DNA of 64,000 bases from Chiloscyllium plagiosum (taxonomy: Eukaryota). The notes beneath the pieces are model-generated. The model was not told the DNA's origin. It did not search any database and saw nothing but the letters and a program-made list of their open reading frames with translations. A program made the translations under genes and the position numbers. This document shows positions 51,363 to 64,000 of the stretch, piece by piece. Location of the stretch: the NCBI RefSeq assembly GCF_004010195.1, contig NC_057718.1, positions 30,820,767 to 30,884,766 on the forward strand, written 5' to 3'. The number at the start of each line of letters is the position of its first letter. Within the stretch, counting starts at the first letter, position 1.

Positions 51363-51810
51363 CCACATTTCAAGAGTGGCACCTTTGGTTCTAAAGCATG
51401 TTGGGTTGCCCAGTTGTCATGAAAAACACTAGAATATGTGCATGTCTTTCTCTCTCTGCTTTCAAAGCTTTTTTGAAACTTTCTCAATTTTAACTTCGGT
51501 CACCCATATAAACCTAATCTGTTCCAGTCTTACCATTTCCCCATTTGCTCCATATTCTTTGTGCCAAAACCTATGAGGTTTCTGATGGGACGATGTCAAT
51601 GTTTGGTGTCATTATTACTCAGAATCTGACAGCAACATTTACAATTTAACATAAGCATAGTTTAACACAGAAATTCTGTGCTTGGAGTCTTTCATTCACA
51701 GTTCCATCACAGGCTATGGCAATCCCACCCCATCACATTCATTATTTCCAGCATCATCAGTCAGTGAAAGCACATAACTTGGTAAGAACTTCCTTTCTCC
51801 TGTCCTAATA

Positions 51811-53235
51811 TCATAGAACATAGAACATTACAGCGCAGTACAGGCCCTTTGGCCCTCGATGTTGCGCCACCCTGTCATACTAATCTGAAGCCCATCCCAC
51901 CTACACTATTCCATGTACATCCATATGCCTGTCCAATGACGACTTAGATGCACTTAAACTTGGCAAATCTACTACCGTTGCATGCAAAGCATTCCATACC
52001 CTTACTATTCTCTGAGTAAAGAAACTACCTCTGACATCTGTCTTATACCTATCTCCCCTCACCTTAAAGTTGTGTCCCCTCGTATTTGCTGTTCCCATAT
52101 GTGGAAAATGGCTCTCCCTGTCCACCCTATCTAACCCTCTGATTATCTTGTATGTCTCTATTAAATCACCTCTCAACCTTCTCTCTAATGAAAACAGCCT
52201 CAAGGCCCTCAGCCTTTCCTCGTAAGACATTCTTTCCATACCGGGCAACATTCTAGTAAATCTCCTCTGCACCCTTTCCAAAGCTTCCACATCCTTCTTA
52301 TAATGCAGTGACCAGAACTGTACACAATACTCCAAGTGTGGCCATACCAGAACTTTGTACAGCTGCAGCATAAGCTCCTGGTTCCAGAACTCAATCTCTC
52401 TATTAATAAAGGCCCAAACACTGCATGCCGCCTTAACAACCCGGTCAATCTGGTTGGCAACTTTCAGCGATCGGTGTACATGGACACAGAGATCTCTCTG
52501 CTCATCTGCACCCCCAAGAATCTTACCATTAGCCCAGTACTTTGCATTTCAATTACTCCGTCCAAAGTGTATCACCTCACACTTGTCCACATTAACCCTC
52601 TGTTTTCTTTCAGCAAGCCAATTATTGATCCAAACTACTATGTCTCCCACAATCCCATTTCTCCACATTTTGTTTAATAGCCTACTGTGGGAAACCTTAT
52701 CGAATGCCTTGCTGAAATCCATATACACCACATCAACCGGTTTACTCTCATCTACCTGTTTGGTCACTTTGTCAAAAAAGTCAATAAGATCCGTTAGGCA
52801 CAACCTACCCTTTAAAAAACCTTGCTGTCCCTGATCAGATTATTATTTTCTAGATGGTTATAAATCCTATCTCTTATAACCTTTTCCAACACTTTACCAA
52901 CAACTGAAGTGAGACTCACTGGTCTGTAATTACCAGGGTTGGCTCTACTACCCTTTTTAAACAAGGGAACCATATTTGCTAACCTCCAGTCGTCAGGCAC
53001 TATTCCTATAGACAATGATGATTTGAAGATCAATGCCAAAGGCTAGGCAATCTCTTCCCTTGCTTCCTAGAGGATCCTAGGATAGATCCCATCCGGCCCA
53101 GGGGACTTGTCTATTTTCACACTATGCAGTATTTCTAATACCTCTTCCTTGTTAACCTCGGTCTCTTCTAGTGTAGATGCAACTATCTCTGTATCTTCCT
53201 TGCCAACATTTTCAACATTTTCATTGTCTATAGTG
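51811..53235 (-). mobile_element. CR1 ORF2 3' half with deletion of the RT catalytic core
   Basis: VPDDWRLANMVPLFKKG..; VYMDFSKAFDKVSH..WINNWLAERKQRV|NVDKCEVIHFG (PQG/FADD region missing); PHLEYCVQFW..; 3' UTR similar to the full-length copy. Confidence 0.93.
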
Positions 53236-53844
53236 AAAAAAAGTCACCCAATATCATTGTTAGAAAAAATATAAAATTTTGTTCATTGAGGTGTAACTGG
53301 ACTTTTAATGGCAACCTGAGTTCTTACTGTTGGTGACTAATCTGATTTGACCAAGAAAAAGTAGCAGAATTCTGTGAAATGTCTCCATTAATAATTAATT
53401 TGTAGATTTTTGAACATTACTTTCTGAATAATTAATTTTCTTAATGTTCATTCATGATGTTTCAGCTTACAACTTCCTCCTGCATATGTCACCCAATAGT
53501 TAATTTGTTTTCTGTAAATTTTCAAAGATTAAATTGATTATTGGTGTTTTTCATTTCCTGGCTTGCTGTTTGTGAAAATTCTTTAACCTTGTTAGCTGCT
53601 TAGACAGTTGAGTGACATCCTTACAGCTCTGGAACCATAATGGTTGAGACCACGGCCTGGTAGGATTAATGTTGGTGCCAGTGTATAAAGGTGATTGCAC
53701 TTCCAACCCTTAGTGGATATTCCTCCATTTCTTCAAACAACCCACAATCATCTGAAGGGCTTCATTGTGAACATAAACTTTAGTCCCTCCAATAACATGT
53801 GAATTTGTGCATTCTTCATTGGATTAGCTGTTTATAAAGTTTTA

Positions 53845-54490
53845 ACATAGTATATGTAATCCTTAGCTTTATAAATAGAGGGAAGAGTACAAATGCTAGG
53901 AGGTTATACTAAACTCAAAATTTGAATGCAAATCCAGTTGGCGCATTGTGTACAAGTCTGCTGACACCACACTTTAGGGACGACATTAACATTTTGGGGA
54001 TGACACAGAAGAGGTTTAGTCAAATGGTTCTAAAGATGAGGGATTACAGTTACATGATTAGCATAGAAAACTTGAGTTGTGCTCATTTCAGTTCAGAAGG
54101 CTAAGAGAAGATTTAGTAGAGCTTGAGGAGCTCCCAAATCTTGAACGGTAATGCAGAGCTAAAATCTTGAAGGGCTTAGACAAAGTAAATAAAGATAAAT
54201 TCTTTCCAATGTCTGAAGAATGTAGACTTAAAGCAATTGGCAAAAAATAAAGCAGAGATAACCCCAAAAAAATTGACTAAGCAGCAAGCAGATTGGAGTT
54301 GAAATCCATTACATGACATGGTGCTGAATTACAGATTCCTTATTAGCATTCAAATAAAAATTAATGAATATTCAAAGGAGAAAAACAATTGCCAGGATAT
54401 GGGGAAAGTTTGAGAAGTGGGACTGATTAGCTTATTCTTCAACAGGACTGACTCAGTGGGCTGAATGGCCACTCTGAACTGTGATTCTAA
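53845..54490 (+). mobile_element. Old CR1 3' fragment
   Basis: Degenerate PHFRDDI..QKRFSQM, ending gggctgaatggcc..ctgtgattcta. Confidence 0.7.
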
Positions 54491-54654
54491 ATAATGCATA
54501 TGTAAGGAATTGATAGATAATCCAGTGCCGTTTACTTAGGGTTATTTATTTAGCTGCCCAATAGGCTGGTAAAGATGCATCTGGGATGGGTAAGGGGCTG
54601 ATGTTTGCCTCCAAATTTGATCATCATTGCTCCCATTTTACACGTAAGCAGAAA

Positions 54655-54923
54655 TAAGGGGAACAGATACCTGGGAATGTCACCACTTTCAAGTTCCCCT
54701 CCAAGCCACTCATCATCCTGACTTGGAAATATATCACTGTTCCTTCACCGTTGCTGGGTCAAAATCCTGGAATTCCCTCCCTAACAGCATTGAGAATCAA
54801 CTCACAGTGGGTAGACTGCTGCAGTTCCAGAAGGCAACTCATGACCACCTTGAGGGCAACTAGAGAGGGACAATAAACACTGGCTAGCCAGTGAAGCCCA
54901 GCTTCCACAAATGAATAAAAAAA
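54655..54923 (+). mobile_element. 3' end of the second CR1/L2-group family
   Basis: caagttcccctccaagccactcatcatcctgacttggaaatatatc...aatgaataaaaaa. Confidence 0.8.
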
Positions 54924-54984
54924 GACAGCGAGGTCAAATGTCTTCTCCATTTAATCACATTTAAATATAATAAAAGGTGTACAA

Positions 54985-55124
54985 ACCTCATTCCTGAAGA
55001 AAGGCTCCAACCCAAAACGTCAATTTTCCAGCTGCCATTCCCTCGGATGCTGCCTGACCTGCTGTGCTTTTCCAGCAACACTCTCTCAACTCTCATCTCC
55101 AGCATCTGCAGACCTCATTGTCTC
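54985..55124 (+). repeat. PLE-end fragment, family A
   Basis: ctcattcctgaagaaaggctc..aaaacgtc..ggatgctgcctgacctgctgtgcttttccagc..ccagcatctgcagacctca. Confidence 0.8.
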
Positions 55125-56244
55125 AAAATTGTACAAACCCCAACCTGAAGGGAGTGATATTTAAAAAGTTGACTATATTTTCCACAATGTAACTCGATTT
55201 TGCACTTTAAGCCAGAGGAAATGGCCTTGATAGTTTTTTTCCTTCACTTCTAATTTTGACAGTCTTCACTTGTTACAGCTACACCTGCAATGCTGTGTGA
55301 AGATAGATGCAACATGTACCAAAGCTCACCATCACCTGAAATAGAAAGATAGGTTAATGTTTCTAATGGGAGTGTTCATCATAAACCATGATATTGCTTT
55401 TTTTTAGTTGCCAAAGTGAATTGGATAGGATTCTGGCAATAGATTTATTTGACTGCATTCTAAAAAAAATTTTTCAGAAGGAATTACACATGTTGTTTCA
55501 AATATTGTGCAGAAAGGAATTATCAGATTGAATCCAAAGGAATTGACTTGTGGTTCTTTAATGTTTCTTGAAAATGAATCACTGAAATTAGACACCACTC
55601 CTTTACGTGAAGTCATGCATTTAACAAAATTATTTGTACAGGGTTAAGATTTATCTATTTTAATGCCAAACTATTTTAATACAGGCTTGACACTGGTGTC
55701 TTCTCAGAAATATGGAATAATTTCTAGATATATTTTATTCATCAGGTACATGATAGATTTAACCTGGTTAGTAACTATCCAATCAGTTTCTTCTAAGCTA
55801 TCAGAGACATAATAAATGGAATTGTCAGTAGTTATATCAAGTGATGTTTACTCATTGATGTCCTGTTTACGAATGATCAGCTCAGGTTTTGCTGCAGCGA
55901 GTGGCCTCTGAATTCATCACAGCCTTGATGGCTAAGGTTGCACAAACTGAATCTCATGAAAGATGCAGAAAGGTGTCATTGACACAATGACACCTACATA
56001 GCAACAACCTGCTCAATGATGCTCAGCTTAGAGTCTGCCAGTCTCCTGATTCCATAAAACGAACACAAGACATAGGAGCAGAAGTAGGCCATTCTATCAT
56101 CGAACTCGCTCCAGATCATTGTTAATCTAATAATACTCCACATGCTTGCATTTTTCTGCATAATCCTTTCTTCCTTTATCGATTAACAATCTGCCTACCT
56201 TAGGCTTGAATATACTTAGTGACTGAGACTCAACAGCTCCCTGG

Positions 56245-58309
56245 ATCAAAAGGGAGATAGAAAGAAAATAGGAAATTATAGACCAGTAAATCTGACATCA
56301 GTAGTGGGAAGATGCGGGAGTCCATTATCAAGCTTTTTATCGCAGAACACTTTGAAAATAGTGGTGGAATCAGACAGTCAACATGAATTTACAAAATGGA
56401 AATCATACTTGGCAAATCTACTGGAATTCTTTGCGGATGCAACTAATAGAGTTGATCAGTGAGCCAGTGGATGTCATAGAGTCAGAGATGTACAGCATGG
56501 AAACAGACCCTTCAGTCCAACCTGTCCAAGCCGACCAGATGTCCCATCCCAGAATCTAGTCCCACCTGCCAGTACCCATATCCCTCCAAACCCTTCCTAT
56601 TCATATACCCATCCAAATGCCTCTTAAATGTTGCAATTGTACCAGCCTCCACCACTTCCTCTGGTAGCTCATTCCATACACGTACCATCCTCTGTGTGAA
56701 AACGTTGCCCTGTAGGTCTCTTTTATATCTTTCCGCTCTCACCCTAAACCTATGCCCTCTAGTTCTGGACTCCCCGACCCCAGGGAAAAGACTTTGCTTA
56801 TTTACCCAATCCATGCCCCTCACAATTTTGTAAACCTCTAAGGTCACCCCTCAGCCTCCGACGCTCCAGGGAAAACAGCTCCAGCCTGTTCAGTCTCTCC
56901 CTATATCTCAAATCGTCCAACCCTGGCAACATTCTTGTTAATTTTTTCTGAACCTTTTCAAGTTTCACAACATCTTTCCAATAGGAAGGAGACTAGAATT
57001 GCACACAATATTCCAACAGTGGCCTAACCAATGTCCTGTACTGCTGCAGCATGACCTCCCAACTCCTGTACTCAATACCCTGACCAATAAAGGAAAGGTT
57101 TATTTGGACTTTCAGAAGGCTTTCAAAGTCCCATATTAGAGATGAAGTGTAAAATTAAAGCACTTGGGTTTGGCGTAATGTATTGGGATGGTTAAAAAAC
57201 TGATTAAAAGAGAGGAAACAGAGTAGAAATAAATATGTAATTTTCTAAATGGCAAGCAGCAGCCATTGGTGTATCACAGGGATCAATACTAGGACCTGAA
57301 CTATTCAAAATGTATGTTAATGATTTTGATGAAGGAACTAAATGTAATATCTCAATGTTTGCAGATGACATAATACTGGTGGGGGGGGGGGGGAGAGAAG
57401 GGGGGGCTGGGCGTGGAGGGGAAACAGTGAAGGATGCAAAAATGATGCACTGTAATTGAGTCAAGCTGACTGAGTGTGCAAATGCATGGAAGGTACAGTA
57501 TAACATGGACAAATGTGAGGTCTACTTTATGTTATCCACTTTGGTAGCAAAAATGGGAATGCGGATTGTTAGTTGAATGACTGTAAATTGAGAGGAGAGA
57601 TTGTTCAACGAGATCTGGATATCTTTGTTAAATCAGTTGTTGAATGTAAGTGTACAGGTGAAGCAGGCAGTGAAGAAGACAAACTGTACACTTGGCCTTC
57701 ATAGCAAAAGGATTCGATTACAAGAATAAGGATGTCTTGCTGCAATTATACTGGTGAGGCTACACTTGGAATATTCTGTCCAGTTTTGGCCTTCTTATGT
57801 GAAGTGGGACATACTTGCTATGGAGCGAGTGTAGCGAAGTTTTATCAAATTGATTCCTGGAACAGCACGACTGATGTTTGAGAAGAGATTGAGTCAGTTA
57901 GGATTGTATTCGCTAGACTTTAGAAGAATGAAGGGGTGAGGGATCTCATAGAAGACTGTAAAATTCTAACAAGACTAGACAGATTAGATGTTCAAGATCA
58001 TGGTGGAGTCCAAAACCAGGAGTGATAGTTGAAGGATAATGGGTAAACCTTTCAGGACTGAGATAAAGAGCAATTTTTTACCCAGTGTGGTGAACTTGTG
58101 AAATTCACTAATCACAGAAAATGGTTGAGGCAAAAACATTGTGTTTTCAAGAAGGAGGTAGATATAGCTCTTGTGGTTAAAGAGATCAAGGAATATGGGG
58201 TGAGGGCAGGATTAGAGTATTGAGTTCAATTAACAGCCATGAACATATTAAATGGCGGAGCATGCTCAAGTGGATTAATGGCTTACTCGTTCTATCTTCT
58301 ATGTGTTTC
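56245..58309 (+). mobile_element. CR1 RT to 3' end, nested; split by a younger CR1
   Basis: GNYRPVNLTSVVG..NLLEFF..PVDV|VYLDFQKAF; GVSQGSILGP; MFADDI; 3' UTR. Confidence 0.88.
56475..57096 (-). mobile_element. Young CR1 3' fragment
   Basis: EVYKIVRGMD..LFPGVGESRTRGHRFRV..WNELPEEVVEAGTIATFKRHLD. Confidence 0.93.
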
Positions 58310-58995
58310 TAAAGAGTTCCACAGAGTTACCACCCTCTGAAAGGAAAAATATCCTACTCATGTCTATCCTAAGTGGAGACTCCTTGTTCTGAAATTATGC
58401 CTTCTGATCCTGGAATCTCCCACAAGGGGGACCAACTTTTCCGCATCTACCCTGTCAAGCTCCCTAAGAATCGTATGTGTTTCAATAAGATCTTGTCTCA
58501 TTTTCCTAAACTCCACTGAGTGCAAACCCAAATACTTAACCTCTCCTCATAAGAAAATCCCACCATAACCGGAATCAAACTCTTTTATTCTTCATGCCAA
58601 AGTGCATAACTTTTCATCTTCTCACTTATATTCCATCTGCCAACTTTTGCCCATTCACTTAACCTGCCCATACTCCTCTGTAGACTCATTGCATCATCCT
58701 CACCACTTGTCTTCCAACCTAATTTTGTGTGATCAGCAAACTTGGTGGTCGTACATTCTCTCTTGTCAACCAAGTCATTGATATATATTGCAAATGATTG
58801 TGATCCAGTACCCTGTGGTCTGCCACCTATTGCAGGTTGCCATTTTGAAAATGCTCCTTTTATCCCAACTCTGTCTTTTATTAGTTAGCCAATTGTCTAT
58901 CCACACTAAAATACTACGCCCAACACAAAGGGCTCTTATTAGGTAGCCTCAAATGTGATACCTCATCAAATGCTTTTGGAAATCAAAATACATTA

Positions 58996-61688
58996 GGAAT
59001 ATAAGAAATGGAGTAGGCCATTCAGCCCCTTCAGCCTGTTCCCCCTTTCAGTGAGAATGTGGCTGATCTCTGGCCTAACTCCATACACCTGCCTTTGACC
59101 CATATCCCTTAATACGGTTGCTTAGCAAAAAGTTATCTATCTCAGATTTAAAATTAATTGTTCAACATCCAATGGTAATTTGGGAGAGAGTTCCAAACAT
59201 CTACTACCATTTGTGCAGAAGTGCTTCCTAACATCTCTCCTGAATAATGTGGCTATAATTCTGAGATTATGCCCCCTAGTTCTGGAATCCACAAACAATG
59301 GAAATAGTTTATCTAAAATTTCCCCTGTATTTTCCATTTAACATCTGGAAGACTTTGATCAGATCACCCCTTAACTTTCTAAATTCAAGAGAAAACAGGC
59401 CTAATTTGTGTAAATTTTCCTTACAACTTAACCCTGAAGTCAAGGTATCATTCTTATTAACCTACATTCCACTCCCTCCAAAGGCCTATATATCCTTCCA
59501 AAGATGTGGCACTCAAATCTGCTCCAAGTGGGATCTAACTAGGGTTTGGTATAACTGCAATGTAACTTCATCTACGTTCTTCAGTCCTCCAGATATACGG
59601 CCAGCATTCCATTAACTTTCTTGATTATATTCTGCACCCATTCATGGTATATTAAAAATCTACTCACGTGAACCCCCAAGTCTCTTTAGACATTCACTGT
59701 ATTTAATTTCATACCATTTAGATAATACCCTGGTCTTTTTCAGTCCGAAATGGATACCCTCACATTTGCTTATATTGAACTACATCTACCACAGTTTTGC
59801 CCATTCACCTAGTCTCTCAATATTCCTTTGTAATTTTATACTATAATCTACAATGCTGCCTCACTTTGTGTCATCAGCAAATTTGGATATATGACTTTCT
59901 TTGTTATTATCCAAGTTATTAATAATGAGTCTGAATAATTGAGACCCTAACACAGATCATTGTGGAACACTATTTAAGTACCTAACCATTATCCCTACAT
60001 CCTGTCACCTCAATCAATTTCCAAGCCATGTCAACAGTTTGCCTTCAATTCCATGGGCATTTACTTTAGCTAACAGTCTCCTATGTGGGACTTCATCAAA
60101 AGACTTCTTGAAGTCCACATAAACAAAATCCATAGATATTCCCCTACCCATTCAAAAAATTCATTGAGGCTTGTCAGACATAACATATTGTTGTGAATCC
60201 ATATTTATTTTCCTTCATAACTGAAAATGTTCAAGGTATTGTTACCCTATCTTTGATTATAAACTCCAAGAATTTCCCACCACAGCTAAGTGGTAGTAAT
60301 TCCCTAGTTTTCCTTTTTCAATCTTTTTAGGAAGCAGAGTGACAGGTGCAATTTTCCAATCCAGAGGGACTTCTGTCCTGTATCTAGGAATTCTGAAAGA
60401 ATATATTTGGGGCATTCACAATGTTCTCTCCTATTTCCTGTAACACCCTTGGATGGAAACTGTCAGGTCCTGAGGAATTGTCACTCTTTAATTCCATTAA
60501 CTTACTCATCCGGTATTTTTCTTAAGTTAACTTTGCTCAGGTAATTTCTCTGATCAATTCTAATTTCCTCAAGATTTCCAGCAAGCTCTCCTTCTTTTCT
60601 ACTGTAAATACTGTAGTAAAATAATTATTCAACATAACATCGTAGAATTTTACAGTACAGGAGGAGGTCATTCAGCCCATCATTTCTGCCATTCACCTAT
60701 AGTCATTGACAGTATCCTCACTTTCAGTCTATATTGGGGCAACATTAGCAGGCTTCTGACCACCTGTTTTCTCTTTACGTCACTATAAAATTTCTTCTGA
60801 TTGATTTAATGTCCCTGGAAAGCTTCCTCTCATAATCCACTCAGTCGTGGATATTTGCCTCTGAGGGTATAAACTAGTTTTGTATTGTGTTAAATGTTTC
60901 TTTAAACATCCTCCACTTTTCTTTAGTAGTTTTACTGTAAACAATCAGTCTCATTTTGTTAAATTCAGCCTGACCTTACTCTAAAACTCTAGCAGTTTTT
61001 CACTTTCAAACATTACATTGAACTTAATTTTGTTATGATTATCCTTTGATATATATTCACACACAATTAAATTATTAATTAAATATAGCTCATTCTTTAT
61101 CACTAAATCCAGTTTTGCTTGTCCCCAATCGTATCTAGGACATATTGCTATAATAAATTATCCTGGACACACTCCAGAAATTCACAATCTTTCTGACAGG
61201 TGCTTGTCTGACCCCTCCAATCTATGTTAAAGTTAAAATTGCAAATTAATACTACTCTAGCTTTCATAGAATCCCTACAGTGTGGAAGCAAGCTATTCGG
61301 CCCATCGAGTCTGCACCAACCCTCCGAAGGGCATCCTACCCAGACCCACCTCCCTGCCCAATCCCTGCAACCTTGCATTTCCCATGGCTAACCCACCTAG
61401 CCTGCACATTCCTGGAACTAGCGCAATTCAGCTTGGCCAATCCACCTAATATGCACATCTTTGGAATGTGGGAGGAAATTGGAGCACTTAAAGGAAACCC
61501 TGGGAGAATGTACAAACTCCTCACGGTCACCCAAGGCTGGAATCAAACCCAGTTCCCTAACACTAAGGCAGCGGTGCTAACCACTGAGCCACTGTGCAAC
61601 ACATTTGCTTAATTTCTGCATTTATATAATCTAGCACTTCAGAGCTTCTAACAGGAGATTTGTACACAAAATCTACTATAAGTTTAGA
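58996..61688 (-). mobile_element. Nested degraded CR1 (endonuclease + RT + 3' UTR)
   Basis: FNFNIDW..EFLECVQDNLL; SKFADDTK (gtgtcatcagcaaatttgga); DSRTRGHNLRI..FRRDVRKHF. Confidence 0.8.
61266..61597 (-). mobile_element. HE1-like SINE
   Basis: atagaatccctacagtgtgg tail ... gtgctaaccactgagccac head. Confidence 0.88.
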
Positions 61689-62349
61689 TTACGCCCACTA
61701 CTTCCCCTTTTAGCTATCCTACTTGTTCCCTCCCTAAAGAATTGTAGTAAACTTGTCTTGCATGATTGCCTCTTCATGAAGCGATGCTGACTTTGCTTGG
61801 TTATGTTATGAATTTCTAAATGCTCTGCTATTATATCCTTAAAAGTAGACCTTAAAAGTGTGAGCCTCTTCACACTCTTGTATTTTGGAATGCTAGTAGT
61901 GCTGTCTACCATGAAGACTGATGCAAAGTATTTATTCAACTTCTCTGCCATTTCCTAGCTCCAGATTGTTATTTCTCTGGCCTTGTTCTCTAAGGGACCA
62001 ATGTTCACTGTTGCCTCTCACTCTTCCCTTGTAAAATTTTGGAAAAGCTCTTATTGTCCATATTTATGTTACTTATTAGTTTTGCCTGGCCTCTTTGACA
62101 GTACTCCCTGTTTTGGTTTTGATTTTCTAGTCAACTTTTGTTGGCTTTTAAAATTTTCCCAATCTTCAATTACCAATAATCTTTGCCATATAGTAGGTTT
62201 TCCTTTCAATTCTTAATTTTTTTCGGTTAAAGCTGGTTGGTTTATTCCTCTTCCTAGAATCCTCCTTCCTCACTGGGATATAAATTGGTTTGAGTCATCA
62301 ACATTTTTTTAAAACATTTGCCCTTGTTCATCAGTCTTTTCTGCTGAAA

Positions 62350-63455
62350 TCCTTTCCCAGACTGACTCATTTGCTGACTTCATTACAGCCTGGGTTTAAA
62401 CATGGATGAAAGTGTTGGATGGATGAAAGTGACTGCCCTTGATAGCAATGAAGCGTTGACAGAGTAGAATCAAAGGTCTCAAGAAAAATTTAAATCAAAG
62501 GTAATCGTGTCTGAAGATCTCAACTGGCTTCAGCGATACATACACAACGAAAGGTAGATTTGACTATCGGTGGGCAACTGCTTTCACCGCACCTTATTTC
62601 TGCAGGTAATGTCCTAGGCCCAACCATCTTCAAGGAAGGCATCCTTGCAAGAGGACAACCATCTTCAGCTAATTCATTAAGGATTTTCCTTCCAGTATAA
62701 AAAGGTAGAAGTGAGTTGTTTGTTGATGATTGAACAAAGTTCAATGCCATTCATGACTCCTCTGATACTTGACCAGTCCGGTGGCAAGTAACATTTATGT
62801 GGTATTAACACCAAGCAATTACCATCTCCAACAAAGAAAGAGAATCTATCTCCCCTAGATGTCTGATGGCATTGTCATTGCTAAACTCCCCACCATTAAC
62901 ATCCTGTGTTTTAACATGGGTAATGCAACACCTGACTTCCCAAAGTCTATCCACCATCTACAAGGTGCAAACTAGGACAGTGATGGAATACTTTCCATTT
63001 GCCTGAATGAGTCCAGCTGCAACAACACTTAAGATGCTCGACACCACCAAGGACAAAACAGATTGCTTGTTCAAACCACATCCACTCCCTTAAATGTTTT
63101 CCCCTTCACCATTTATGCATAATAGCAGCAACTTGTACCATTCACAAGATGCACAAGAACAACTGCCTGCAGATATTTCAATACCTCTTTCCAAACCTGC
63201 AACCTTAACAATGTAGAAGGACTGGGTAAGTTTCTTGTCATGTCGCTCAACATCCTGATTGGAACTATAGTGCCACTACTTCACTTGGTCAAAATCCTGG
63301 AACTTTCTTCAAAACAATGCTGCAGGTGTACCTACACCAAATGGACTGAAGTGATTCAAGAAGGTGGCTCGCCCCCACCTTCTCAAGGCTAATTAGGAAT
63401 GAACAGTAAATGTTGGCTTTTCAATGACATTCATATCCTGGAAATGAATAAGAAA
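62350..63455 (+). mobile_element. Second CR1/L2-group LINE family, RT to 3' UTR, degraded
   Basis: Degenerate DFITA..VTALD; gtcctaggcccaaccatcttc (VLGPTIF); IYKVQTRTVMEYFPFA; 3' UTR as at 54655. Confidence 0.75.
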
Positions 63456-64000
63456 ACAACACCAATCATCACAATCTCAGAAAATTTCTGCTGGAGTTTC
63501 TGTAGAAGTATCCTTGGACCAGCTATCTTCAGCTGCTTTATCAGTGACCATTTCTGCAAAATAAAATCAAAACTAATACAGTGCACTGACAATTCAATGG
63601 TGTTCAGCCATATTCACATCTCCTCAAAAATTGAAGCAGCACATTCTGTCTACAGTAAAACAAGATAATATCTGTCTTTTGAATAATAAAGGTGAAATAC
63701 CATTGGCAAAAATTAATGTCAGATCCTGAATATCCTAAGCAAGAGAAAGTCAAGATGACCGCCTTTCACCTTTGGTGAAAGCACTATTGCGGTTTCTCCC
63801 GCGTGTGTGTTTTCCTTCAAACCTAAAGTGATCTATAGATGGCATTCAATATCCACCAATCTGATCTGACTCAAAAAGAGTTTTGTCGAGTAAACATTAG
63901 GAAATTTCAAATTAGTCATTTGGTAGTACAAATATTACCTGTAGCCGATAAAAAAAACATTGTTTGAAGACTTTCATCTTGTAATCATCAAAGTAAAGGG

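Larger units (their letters stand above)
49475..51455 (+). mobile_element. Deu-SINE broken into pieces (49475-49700, 50270-50360, 51363-51455) by later insertions
   Basis: aggtggatggaaagatattccatggtactatttcaaagaagagcagagg body; tail aaattggctgc..ttcctacattacaacaatgaccac|atttcaagagt..taaagcatgttggg. Confidence 0.65.
56062..62345 (-). mobile_element. Outer CR1 (pieces ~56062-56244, 58310-58995, 61689-62345) hosting nested CR1s
   Basis: Pieces join collinearly: 3' tail; KFADHTKLG; then KQSQHRFMKRQSCKTSLLQFF and MAEKLNKYFASVF. Confidence 0.75.

Noticed and set aside
1..64000. The many 60-250 aa ORFs as host genes
   Set aside because: Nearly all overlap LINE/SINE/PLE sequence or are short AT-rich chance ORFs; no recognisable cellular protein or coherent exon chain
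1..64000. Prokaryotic systems (CRISPR, retron, operons)
   Set aside because: No repeat-spacer array or gene-dense organisation; RT motifs are of vertebrate non-LTR type

Overview
Eukaryotic, AT-rich, repeat-dense non-genic DNA (intergenic or large intron). It is very likely from a shark/elasmobranch, judged by HE1/V-SINE-like and Deu-domain SINEs plus CR1 and Penelope families. I could not support any intact host protein-coding gene. The window holds: (i) many CR1-clade LINE fragments, including one nearly full-length, decayed CR1 (zinc-finger/SGNH-esterase ORF1 plus APE-RT ORF2, ~16541-20633); (ii) Penelope-like element (PLE) fragments with GIY-YIG endonuclease and short palindromic PLE-end derivatives carrying minimal hammerhead ribozyme cores; (iii) seven HE1-like tRNA SINEs, several older Deu-SINEs and an RTE LINE fragment; (iv) a solo LTR with a clean 4-bp TSD; (v) multi-layer nested insertions; (vi) a 186-bp local templated duplication inside a SINE; (vii) several TE-free, motif-rich blocks that look like conserved non-coding enhancers. 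There is one 126-N assembly gap. Family names come from my recognition of motifs, not from database searches, and repeat boundaries are approximate unless a TSD is given.
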